Shown here piece by piece: positions 1 through 7,683 of a stretch of DNA of 20,000 nt (position 1 is the first letter of the stretch; every line of letters starts with the position of its first letter). The position numbers and the translations under genes are program-made. The stretch comes from an uncultured virus (IMG/VR IMGVR_UViG_3300017990_000011) (lineage: Duplodnaviria; Heunggongvirae; Uroviricota; Caudoviricetes): IMG/VR virus record IMGVR_UViG_3300017990_000011. The stretch is one strand, 5' to 3'. The notes beneath the pieces were generated by a model, which had not been told where the DNA came from, made no database searches, and saw nothing but the letters and a program-made list of their open reading frames with translations.

Positions 1-476
1 GATGGGTGATATGTAGGGATTAACAGTGTATCATTACTATAACTAAATACTTTACCTCTTATGGTCCACATCTTTGGTTTAGGATCAAGCCCCAACAAAT
101 TTATTGAAGCATCAGCGCCCAAGGCTAATATAGCCTTTGGTTTTAATAAATCTATTTGAACTATAATATAAGGTAAACAATGTGCAACCCACTCCTCTTG
201 TAAAGGTTTGCCTGGAGATAAACAACATTTAACTAAGTTAGTAATATATACATCATCTGATGTTAAATTAGAATCACTTAGTATGTCATCTAACAACTTA
301 CCTGCTCTGCCAACAAAAGGTGTACCAACATTATTCTCTTCATGCGCTGGTACCATACCACAAATCATTAGTTTGGCTTGTGGATTGCCTTTATCAAACA
401 CTGGTTTAATTCTACCAGCATGTAGATCACATAACCTACATAAAGCTGCTGTACTTCTTAATTCATTTAAATCCAT
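1..476 (-). CDS. Uracil-DNA glycosylase family 4-like (Fe-S type), 3' end runs off the window
   Basis: Not in ORF track; translated manually from ATG at 476: MDLNELRSTAALCRLCDLHAGRIKPVFDKGNPQAKLMICGMVPAHEENNVGTPFVGRAGKLLDDIL...YITNLVKCC...HCLPYI...ILALG...IPTYHP. The CxxC, PFVGRAG, NxVKC and TYHP motifs are typical of family 4 UDG. Confidence 0.9.
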   Translation of the reverse strand, partial: MDLNELRSTAALCRLCDLHAGRIKPVFDKGNPQAKLMICGMVPAHEENNVGTPFVGRAGKLLDDILSDSNLTSDDVYITNLVKCCLSPGKPLQEEWVAHCLPYIIVQIDLLKPKAILALGADASINLLGLDPKPKMWTIRGKVFSYSNDTLLIPTYHP

Positions 477-477
477 T

Positions 478-600
478 TTATCCCAGTTTTTCAGCAAGTT
501 TTGCGTTCTTGTCGTCTTCTTTATCTTTTTGTTTTTGTTTGGACTCGGCTATACGAAGCTCATTAGCCTCAAGTTCACCCTCACTGTCACGTCTTGGCAT
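478..600 (-). CDS. Small charged hypothetical protein (40 aa)
   Basis: Manual translation MPRRDSEGELEANELRIAESKQKQKDKEDDKNAKLAEKLG*; SD AAGGAGG upstream; fills the gap between neighbouring genes, with its stop 1 nt before the UDG ATG. Confidence 0.65.
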   Translation of the reverse strand: MPRRDSEGELEANELRIAESKQKQKDKEDDKNAKLAEKLG

Positions 601-617
601 GATTTGCCCTCCTTTTA

Positions 618-1040
618 TTAACAGCAACCAGTAAAATCTAAATCCATATCTGGATTCTTAATAGACTCTTCAACTAGTTCCTTTGTGGTAGCAAATACAT
701 CGGAAGAATATATCTTCTTCTGCTCATAACTTAACTCAATAAACTTCTTTGTTTTTTCAGCTTTAGCCTTCTTAGAAACATTACAACCTAATGATTTGGC
801 TTTCCTATTAATACAAGCAGCAATCTTTTTCTTTGTTGAAGCAGAGAACTTGGATCTACCCAAGTAACTTTTTGCTACAGCAACATGCTTACAATCTGGA
901 ATAGGGAAACTTCTATTAGGACCACAAAACGTACCACTCTTAAGTTTTTTTCTATCCTTAGTAGTAAGTTTCTTGCCTAAAGCGTTGTTAGCCCGTTCAA
1001 ACATGGCTTCGTACGCATCGAGTTTTGAATGTCCACCCAT
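618..1040 (-). CDS. Lys-rich hypothetical protein, DUF6582-like (FCGPxRSFPIPDxxH motif)
   Basis: GGAGG SD upstream; central segment resembles the phage-associated F..P..R.(F/Y)P..D..HV motif. Family call from memory only. Confidence 0.55.
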   Translation of the reverse strand: MGGHSKLDAYEAMFERANNALGKKLTTKDRKKLKSGTFCGPNRSFPIPDCKHVAVAKSYLGRSKFSASTKKKIAACINRKAKSLGCNVSKKAKAEKTKKFIELSYEQKKIYSSDVFATTKELVEESIKNPDMDLDFTGCC

Positions 1041-1052
1041 AACTCTATCCTC

Positions 1053-1634
1053 CTATGATAAATCAAAAATATGCTGAAAGATATCATAGTGCTCAGCGGA
1101 GGTTCCGTCGTCTACCCAGCCCATCATTCGTCCATTAGGTTTCAAAGTATGTTTACACGCTAACACCATATCAGCAATTAATGGTAAAGTATCTTCATCT
1201 ATTCTATCATAGCAATCTATGAAGATAAAATCAAATTTCTTTTTTGTTAAATATGCATATTCAATGCCGTTCGAATTCAATATAGTATGATCTTCTTCAC
1301 GATATTCTAATGTGTAACCACGATCAGAATCTTTGATCTTACTATGCACGTCTATAACGTCTTTGTTTATCTCTACTGTAGTCAATGACTTAACTTTAGG
1401 AAAAGTCAATAAGTATCTTGATGCCACTCCAAGACCTAAACCTATTTCTAGACAATCTCCTTGTGGAAAATCCATCAGCTGATCCATATAATCCTGCAAT
1501 TCCGTCTCAAGAGCCCACAGAGTATGTCCTGGTCCTATTTCTAGGAAAAGATGCCCTGACATTTTATAAACACGTGCGTCACCAGACTTAGCTACTAATT
1601 TCCCATCTCTAAAATAGATAAGATCTTCTGACAT
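1053..1634 (-). CDS. Class I SAM-dependent transferase, spermidine-synthase-like
   Basis: CLEIGLGLG motif I, TTVEINKDVI acidic motif, KKFDFIFID, LKPNG. Confidence 0.8.
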   Translation of the reverse strand: MSEDLIYFRDGKLVAKSGDARVYKMSGHLFLEIGPGHTLWALETELQDYMDQLMDFPQGDCLEIGLGLGVASRYLLTFPKVKSLTTVEINKDVIDVHSKIKDSDRGYTLEYREEDHTILNSNGIEYAYLTKKKFDFIFIDCYDRIDEDTLPLIADMVLACKHTLKPNGRMMGWVDDGTSAEHYDIFQHIFDLS

Positions 1635-1667
1635 GTTGACACCCCTTCTATATTTATATAGGTTATA

Positions 1668-1928
1668 TTATTCTGTCGATATTTCTACAGGTTCCGCAAA
1701 TTCAAAAACCAATACCATCTGAGCGCCGTTTACTTTTCCCATATCTCGTTCCGGCCCTGATTCGTATTCAGCAATGACTGGATGTGAATACTGTACACCA
1801 ACATTGCAATTAATAGAATGAGCTAAAAATATATCCAAAGCATCATTAACTTCGGTTCTAATTTTATTTTCCCATTCCTTGGCTTTTTCCACCATTTCTT
1901 CTGGTGTTATGTTTTTGTCCTCTGGCAT
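1668..1928 (-). CDS. Hypothetical acidic protein (86 aa)
   Basis: GGAGG SD within the end of the upstream gene; fits the gene packing. Confidence 0.75.
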   Translation of the reverse strand: MPEDKNITPEEMVEKAKEWENKIRTEVNDALDIFLAHSINCNVGVQYSHPVIAEYESGPERDMGKVNGAQMVLVFEFAEPVEISTE

Positions 1929-1931
1929 GAT

Positions 1932-2420
1932 TTATACCTCCATTCCGCCTTTTTTCTGTTGCTTAGCCATTTCCTTCTCTTGTTCATACACACTGCCTAC
2001 TAATATAGTAAGCTTTCTAGCCCACTCTGGGTCGTCCTCATTGAGTTTTATCTCGGCATAGAAATCTTCGATCTCATGTCCCACAATTTTTGGACTGCCT
2101 TTCTCATCGATAAAAACATGTCTTAACTCATGAGATATAAGGCGTTTCTTATCATCATCATTGGCTAATTCCCATGTCTTTTTATCTACGATAAGGATAT
2201 AATCGTACCCATCAACAGCAACATCATCTTTTGAAAAGAATTTAATCTTCGGGCCAGCCAATTCTATTGACGCAAGAATCATCTTTCCGCCCTTGATTCT
2301 CTTCTTTAAATCAAAAATCAGTTTAAATTTAAGGTTCTGATAAATCGGAAACCTTTCTTCTACCACATCTAAAAATACCTTTACCAAACTTTCGTCGCAT
2401 TCTTCGTAACGTGTTGTCAT
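1932..2420 (-). CDS. Putative phage metallopeptidase (HExxH)
   Basis: LISHELRH zinc motif plus downstream GHEIEDF and DYILIVD..W pattern of phage metallopeptidases. ATG at 2420 preferred over GTG at 2429 on SD spacing. Confidence 0.75.
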   Translation of the reverse strand: MTTRYEECDESLVKVFLDVVEERFPIYQNLKFKLIFDLKKRIKGGKMILASIELAGPKIKFFSKDDVAVDGYDYILIVDKKTWELANDDDKKRLISHELRHVFIDEKGSPKIVGHEIEDFYAEIKLNEDDPEWARKLTILVGSVYEQEKEMAKQQKKGGMEV

Positions 2421-2444
2421 ATTAATCACCCTTTCCTTTCCTGT

Positions 2445-2476
2445 TACAATATAAGCATTAATTAATGTTTGTCAAG
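2445..2476 (-). promoter_or_regulatory. Conserved promoter motif copy 1 (CTTGACAAA-N13-TTATATTGTA)
   Basis: Perfect TTGACA and a TATATT -10-like box; same motif at 10036-10067 and 16581-16612. Confidence 0.8.
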
Positions 2477-2485
2477 TAACTTTTT

Positions 2486-2746
2486 TTAATCTGCTCTCAA
2501 ATCATCGAAATGTTTCTTTAATTTCAGTAAGTCAGCTGCTAATGCTTTAGACTTTCTAATCTTATCACCGTTTCTCTTTTTCTTAGCGTAGTGTTTCTTA
2601 CTCTTACCTTTTTTTATAGTTTTAACTTCACCTTGATAAGAGTTTCCATCTTTATCATAGCAAATATTCATATATTTGCCGCCCTTCAACTTCTTTGTTA
2701 CTACCTTTCCTCCGTTTTTAACACACTTCGTAAAATCTGCTGGCAT
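2486..2746 (-). CDS. Small Lys-rich basic hypothetical protein
   Basis: MPADFTKCVKNGGKVVTKKL...; AGGAGG SD at 2754-2759 favours ATG 2746 over 2752. Confidence 0.75.
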   Translation of the reverse strand: MPADFTKCVKNGGKVVTKKLKGGKYMNICYDKDGNSYQGEVKTIKKGKSKKHYAKKKRNGDKIRKSKALAADLLKLKKHFDDLRAD

Positions 2747-2762
2747 AACCATTCCTCCTGGC

Positions 2763-2782
2763 TGATATGGGGGCCCATATCA
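2763..2782. repeat. Palindrome TGATATGGG-GG-CCCATATCA directly downstream of hsp20
   Basis: 9-bp perfect inverted arms with 2-nt centre; no U-tract on the minus strand, so not called a terminator. Confidence 0.85.
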
Positions 2783-2788
2783 TAATTA

Positions 2789-3265
2789 TTAATCTATTTT
2801 AATTTTAACAAGATCGTCTTTTTCAATATCTTCCTTACCGATAATGCAGTTAACGATCCCATTTTCAAAACTACAATCGATTTTATCCGAGTCAACTTTG
2901 ACAGGGAATTTTAACATTCTTCTAAAAGATCTAGAGGAGATCTCCCTCATAAGGAATTTCTTATCCTTATCTTCAGACTCCTCTTTCTTATCAGCCTTAA
3001 TCAAAAGACAATTATCCTTCAACTCTAGAGACAAATCATCCTTATCAAAACCAGCTAATGCAATTTCGACCTCATATTCTTCGTCAGTTTCTACAACATT
3101 TATCTTAGGGAAAGAACTTTTGGGCTGCAGGTCTGCAAATGCCCTCATATCAAGTGTCCAATCCTTCCAAAAATTATCAAAAATGTCTTCGAAACGACTT
3201 GCTCCAAAAAACCTACTCAGTGAGTCAGGTCTGGATACCATTAAGTCTTTCCTATTTTTTCTCAT
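2789..3265 (-). CDS. Hsp20 / alpha-crystallin small heat shock protein
   Basis: FPKINVVET.EEYEVEIALAGFDKDDLSLEL, REIS.RSF.R, I...FENGIV: canonical alpha-crystallin domain. Confidence 0.95.
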   Translation of the reverse strand: MRKNRKDLMVSRPDSLSRFFGASRFEDIFDNFWKDWTLDMRAFADLQPKSSFPKINVVETDEEYEVEIALAGFDKDDLSLELKDNCLLIKADKKEESEDKDKKFLMREISSRSFRRMLKFPVKVDSDKIDCSFENGIVNCIIGKEDIEKDDLVKIKID

Positions 3266-3274
3266 AATTTATGT

Positions 3275-3304
3275 CCTCCCATAGTGTAAATTTATGGGCC
3301 CCCA
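3275..3304 (-). promoter_or_regulatory. hsp20 leader: SD-overlapping hairpin plus second copy of the GGGGGCCCATA element
   Basis: mRNA UGGGGGCCCAUA-AAUUUACAC-UAUGGGAGG; CCCAUA pairs with UAUGGG, which overlaps the GGGAGG SD. Confidence 0.5.
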
Positions 3305-3306
3305 AG

Positions 3307-3654
3307 TTAAATATAACACAATAGATCATAAAATTGATCGGTTCCATAAGGTGCTCGATTAGAACCAGGAATACAACGCAGCATGTTACTCGCCGCCACA
3401 GTATTCCACGAATGAATAACTATTGTAGTACCGCAATTAGGATTTGAAGTTTTTTCTAGAAATTTTGCAACATCTAGACCCTCACCGTTGCCTGTACCTA
3501 AATCATTATCCAAAAATATATAATCATAAGTAAATTCTTTTAAGTATTCTATAGCTTCATTAGCATTCTCAGTTATATCTAAGTGATGCTGTCCGAATCT
3601 TTCTATAAAGAAATTTACTCTTTGTGTATCATCTTCTAAAATCAAAAATCTCAT
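3307..3654 (-). CDS. Stand-alone receiver domain, cyclic-phosphate-processing (cREC)-type
   Basis: ILEDD, IFLDNDLG (family LDHDLG), G.DVAKFL and IVIHSWN; lacks the canonical REC Lys-Pro. Confidence 0.75.
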   Translation of the reverse strand: MRFLILEDDTQRVNFFIERFGQHHLDITENANEAIEYLKEFTYDYIFLDNDLGTGNGEGLDVAKFLEKTSNPNCGTTIVIHSWNTVAASNMLRCIPGSNRAPYGTDQFYDLLCYI

Positions 3655-3657
3655 TTG

Positions 3658-5709
3658 TTAATAACACTCATCTTTAAGTTTAACGTATTCTTTGAATACT
3701 TTATTTTCTTTCATTATTATACTTACTTCTATCAACTGTTTTATAACATATTTTAATTCTGCCAGCTCTGTGGGTTTGGTTAGATACATCCAAACATGTC
3801 TTTCAGAAAACCAGGATAGATCACTGTTAACCGGCGCTGTCCCTGAGAGAACTATGATTGGTAACTCTGGAAACTTATCACCAAGCTTCTTTGATATTTT
3901 AAATCCATCGATATCTGGTAAATTGATATCCAATATTAAAGCATCAGGTGTTGACTTACATGCTTTTCTTAGACCAACCATGCCGCCTTCTGCAACGTCC
4001 ACATTAAATTCATCGAAACCAGATAAATATGTCCTAATCATATCACTCACATCTTTATTGTCTTCTATAATTAAAATATTGTACACATCTTTGCCTTGAG
4101 TTAACTTGCTTAAGCGATTCTTTATTTTTCTCTCGGCATGCATGATTGCTTTTTTAGCATCAAGTTCATACTTTCTCTCTTTAGTTATGTCTTTACAAAC
4201 ACCAATTACTTTTATTGGAGTACCGTCTTTATCAAACACTATATTACCACGATCAATCCAAGTTAATAGTTTTCCACTTTTGTGTTTGATTTGATATTCA
4301 ACGCTTGTTTGACTATGCTCAGGCGTGATCTGTTTTACTGCATTATCAAATAATGCTCTATCCTTATCAACTATATGTTCGCGCCACGAATCAAATGATC
4401 TTATAAATTCACCAGGCTCGTATCCTAATATACCATCAATATCTCCAAACCAAGTTACACCATTCTTAGGAATGGATCTCTCATAAACAAGATCTACAGT
4501 GGATTCAATTGCCAATTTAAATCTTTCTTTGCTCTCTCTTAATTGTTCTTCTGCTATTTTACGCTCTGTTATATCTTCTTTAACAGCAGCATATCCTGTA
4601 ACATCACCATCCTCATCGCGCATTGGTGTTATAATAGCATTTTCCCAATAAATCTCACCATCTTTTCTTTTGTTGGCGAATTCACCTTGCCAATCTTTGC
4701 CGGCAACTAACGTGTCCCACATCTCTTTGTAAAATTCTTGAGATTGTAGCTCAGCTTTAAGTATTCTAGGATTCTCCCCTATGGCTTCTTCTTTACTATA
4801 ACCACTTACCTGTGAGAATTTGGGATTAACGTAGTCTATTGTGCCTTCTAAATCAGTAAGTACCACTGATACCTGGCTTTGTTCTACTACTGAAGATAAT
4901 TTTTTTAGCTCGGCTTCAGCTTTCTTACGTTTTGTAACATCATTAAACATTGTTGCCATTTTATTTGGGCTTGTTTGAAACGCGCTGATCTCATATACCC
5001 CTGATACACCATCATCACCTTCATAACAGAACTCTGGCCACTCATGAACAACACCATCTCTAGCTATCTCTTTGTATGCATTAGGTATCTCCGTCTCAAC
5101 TAACCGTGGAAATGCTTCTTCTATAGTTTTACCTATGAATTTTGTGTTATCTATACCCATGATTTTATCAGCGGCGGGGTTGGCTCCAACAAATATAAGT
5201 TGCCCGTCTTCATTTAATTCGTATAAATGCATGCCAGCTACTGACGACTCAACTATATTACGGTGTTTCATTTCACTATCATGTAAAGCTTTCTCCGCTA
5301 TTTTACGCTCCGTTATATCCTGCAAATACACAATATAGCCCAACAATATTTGTTCGTCATCATATATAGGAGCTTTAGCGCGGTGGTACCAACCATTTAA
5401 TCTGTCTATAAAAACCTCATCAATAGTTGGGTCTACTATACTAATACAGTTTTGGTCACAATAAGCGAAATTACTATTCATCACATCGAAACAATGTAAG
5501 TCTAAATAATCTTCCCTTTGACCACCAAAATTTTCTAAAAACGCTTTATTAACAAATTTAATTTTTAATTCTGTATTTACAATATGAACTAACGCAGGTA
5601 CGGCGTCCAACACGAACTCCCATTCCTTGGTCCTATCAACTAAATACCCATTTGTGGTTAATACATCGGTTAATTCTCGTAATTTTTTAAGCTCTTCCAT
5701 TACTGTCAT
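3658..5709 (-). CDS. Multi-PAS sensor protein (4 PAS/PAC) with C-terminal receiver domain, no kinase or output domain
   Basis: Four PAS repeats ending QDITERK, NDVTKRK, EDITERK, KDITKER; REC with IIED, LILDINLPDIDG, IIVLSG, YLTKP. Confidence 0.9.
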   Translation of the reverse strand: MTVMEELKKLRELTDVLTTNGYLVDRTKEWEFVLDAVPALVHIVNTELKIKFVNKAFLENFGGQREDYLDLHCFDVMNSNFAYCDQNCISIVDPTIDEVFIDRLNGWYHRAKAPIYDDEQILLGYIVYLQDITERKIAEKALHDSEMKHRNIVESSVAGMHLYELNEDGQLIFVGANPAADKIMGIDNTKFIGKTIEEAFPRLVETEIPNAYKEIARDGVVHEWPEFCYEGDDGVSGVYEISAFQTSPNKMATMFNDVTKRKKAEAELKKLSSVVEQSQVSVVLTDLEGTIDYVNPKFSQVSGYSKEEAIGENPRILKAELQSQEFYKEMWDTLVAGKDWQGEFANKRKDGEIYWENAIITPMRDEDGDVTGYAAVKEDITERKIAEEQLRESKERFKLAIESTVDLVYERSIPKNGVTWFGDIDGILGYEPGEFIRSFDSWREHIVDKDRALFDNAVKQITPEHSQTSVEYQIKHKSGKLLTWIDRGNIVFDKDGTPIKVIGVCKDITKERKYELDAKKAIMHAERKIKNRLSKLTQGKDVYNILIIEDNKDVSDMIRTYLSGFDEFNVDVAEGGMVGLRKACKSTPDALILDINLPDIDGFKISKKLGDKFPELPIIVLSGTAPVNSDLSWFSERHVWMYLTKPTELAELKYVIKQLIEVSIIMKENKVFKEYVKLKDECY

Positions 5710-5729
5710 TTAGAATACCCCTTTAAAAT

Positions 5730-6332
5730 CTAGTCCACAGCCTTAAAAAAATACATCTTAATAAGATACAAAATAAATACTACCAAACCACCACTAACAG
5801 TACCGGCAATTATACCCCATGTAGCAATTTTAGTATTGATCTCCGTAATAGATAGTTTGATTGGTTGTATGGCTTCTTTTTGAGCCGATGCGTCTTTGAC
5901 ATGTTCAACTTTAGATTCAAGTATTTCTGCATGTAAATCGGTTTTAAGTTTGGATATAGCAGCGGTTATGGATTTATCAACAACCTCTTTATCCAACATG
6001 TTGTTGACTTTTTCTACTAAATCATCTATACGTTTGTTAAGTCTTTGTTCAATTTTATCTGTGTCTCCGTCTATCTCTCTATTTAATGCTTTGATGTCAT
6101 CTCTGACATCTTCCTTGAGCTGCATCAGTTGTTTTTGTATAACTGTTTTATTATTTAAATAATCAGCTCGGAGATTCTGCAACGCTTCTTGCATTTTCTC
6201 CATACTAGTCACAAGTTGATTAAACCAATCCTTCTTGATCTGCTCAGCTTCCCTAGTATGTACAATATCAGATATGGGTGAAGAAGATGTCTTGGATAAT
6301 ACTGTTTCTAATTTTTTATCCTCATCGTTCAT
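5730..6332 (-). CDS. Coiled-coil protein with a single C-terminal transmembrane helix
   Basis: Long helical heptad-rich body, then hydrophobic IATWGIIAGTVSGGLVVFILYLIK. Confidence 0.75.
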   Translation of the reverse strand: MNDEDKKLETVLSKTSSSPISDIVHTREAEQIKKDWFNQLVTSMEKMQEALQNLRADYLNNKTVIQKQLMQLKEDVRDDIKALNREIDGDTDKIEQRLNKRIDDLVEKVNNMLDKEVVDKSITAAISKLKTDLHAEILESKVEHVKDASAQKEAIQPIKLSITEINTKIATWGIIAGTVSGGLVVFILYLIKMYFFKAVD

Positions 6333-6342
6333 TTCACAGCAC

Positions 6343-6537
6343 CTAGTCTTTTAATTTTTTGCCACAAAAAGGACAAAAAGATACACTCATCCCAAACCGA
6401 TGGATTTGACTATGTGTTTTCTCCTCAGTTAACTCAATCCAAGACAGGACCCACCCATAAGATGGATCCTGAATGAATAGTCGTTTGTGGTCTTTCTCTA
6501 ACTCTTTCCAATCTTTACAACTGCAAAAATCACTCAT
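6343..6537 (-). CDS. Small putative zinc-binding protein
   Basis: FCSC near the N-terminus and FCPFCGKKL at the C-terminus. Confidence 0.7.
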   Translation of the reverse strand: MSDFCSCKDWKELEKDHKRLFIQDPSYGWVLSWIELTEEKTHSQIHRFGMSVSFCPFCGKKLKD

Positions 6538-6542
6538 TTGTA

Positions 6543-7049
6543 TTAGCTACCCATATAAGGATCGCTGCCATCATACTTACCACCGTATGAATGCCAACCT
6601 TCTGTGGGCCAATTCTTGATACCAGCATTAGCTGTAGCTAGAATACCAGCAGCGGTTCTTTCTTTCGCGTCCATTACATCAAACTTCGGTGGGTCTACCT
6701 GAGCACCCGCACTAGTAGACATAAGCAGTCTGGAAAACTGATCATCACGCACATACTTTACAGTAGAACCCCATACCAATGGATTCTCATTGCGTTCTGC
6801 ATATTGCCACTCTGGTCTAATTGCATTGACATCAGACGAATTATCTTTGTTGGCAAACCAAAGCACCGTCTTGGTGTAATCGTCCGCACTTCTCTGCCCT
6901 ACAAACAAGGCACCAAAATTAGAAATCTTAGAGTCTAAAGCTCGTCTGATAGGCGTATTAACATCAGACCTAATTTGTGTGTCACGATCTGGTTCCTCAA
7001 CACCAGTGTGTGGAATTTGAAAAAAATCGAAATTAAATACCTCAGCCAT
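6543..7049 (-). CDS. Hypothetical protein (168 aa)
   Basis: AGGAGG SD upstream; no recognised motif. Confidence 0.8.
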   Translation of the reverse strand: MAEVFNFDFFQIPHTGVEEPDRDTQIRSDVNTPIRRALDSKISNFGALFVGQRSADDYTKTVLWFANKDNSSDVNAIRPEWQYAERNENPLVWGSTVKYVRDDQFSRLLMSTSAGAQVDPPKFDVMDAKERTAAGILATANAGIKNWPTEGWHSYGGKYDGSDPYMGS

Positions 7050-7102
7050 TTTACGTTCCTCCTATTTTACATTTAGAGGTTAAATAAATAACCCCTTATC
7101 TA

Positions 7103-7118
7103 TATTATAGTACAAAAT
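7103..7118 (-). promoter_or_regulatory. Second promoter-like motif copy A (ATTTTGTACTATAATA)
   Basis: Contains perfect TATAAT; identical 16-mer at 7992-8007. Confidence 0.65.
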
Positions 7119-7119
7119 T

Positions 7120-7683
7120 TCATTTTATAAAATCAAAAATCCGAATTTTTATATTACTTTGTTGTGCCAAGTATGCTGCTGACTCATCATAGTAACCAAA
7201 ACCAGTCACTACAAGCTCTTCTACACCAGCATTAATGATCTCAACCAAACAAGGTGAACAAGGGACACCACATGTCATATACATAGTAGTTTCTTTAGTA
7301 GAAATACCTTCTCTAGCAGCATTAATTAAACTGTTTCTTTCAGCATGCCCTGCCACACAGATGTCAAGCCCCTCGCCGGACTTAAAACCAATAACTCTTC
7401 GAGGACAAATACCTTCCACAGCACCGCCAATTTTATCGAATTCTTTTTTATATTTATTCATAAATTCAGAGTCTTCAAACCACCGCTTATCACATGTTGA
7501 TATACCTCTAGGTGGTCCATTATAACCAGAACTAACGATGCTTTTATCTCTTACTAACACAGCACCTATTTTTCTAGATAAGCATTTAGAGTTTCGGCCA
7601 ATAGTTTTAGCCACATTATACCAATATTCATCCCAACTTCTATACCCTGGTTCCTCAATAGAGTAGCTGTTAATTCCTCCCAT
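7120..7683 (-). CDS. dCMP deaminase (ComEB-like)
   Basis: SWDEYW, SKCL.RKIGAVLV, GYNGPP, HAERN, PCSPC zinc motifs. Confidence 0.93.
   Translation of the reverse strand: MGGINSYSIEEPGYRSWDEYWYNVAKTIGRNSKCLSRKIGAVLVRDKSIVSSGYNGPPRGISTCDKRWFEDSEFMNKYKKEFDKIGGAVEGICPRRVIGFKSGEGLDICVAGHAERNSLINAAREGISTKETTMYMTCGVPCSPCLVEIINAGVEELVVTGFGYYDESAAYLAQQSNIKIRIFDFIK

Noticed and set aside
1651..1658. T4 late-promoter-like TATAAATA upstream of the SAM transferase
   Set aside because: Only one intergenic instance was noticed, in very AT-rich DNA; insufficient support.
2763..2782. Rho-independent terminator after hsp20
   Set aside because: There is no U-tract on the coding strand, and the hairpin is followed immediately by the next gene's SD.
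4084..4170. Cryptic or frameshifted histidine kinase between PAS4 and REC (His in KAIMHAERK)
   Set aside because: The linker is only about 30 aa, in frame, with no H-box consensus or ATPase boxes.
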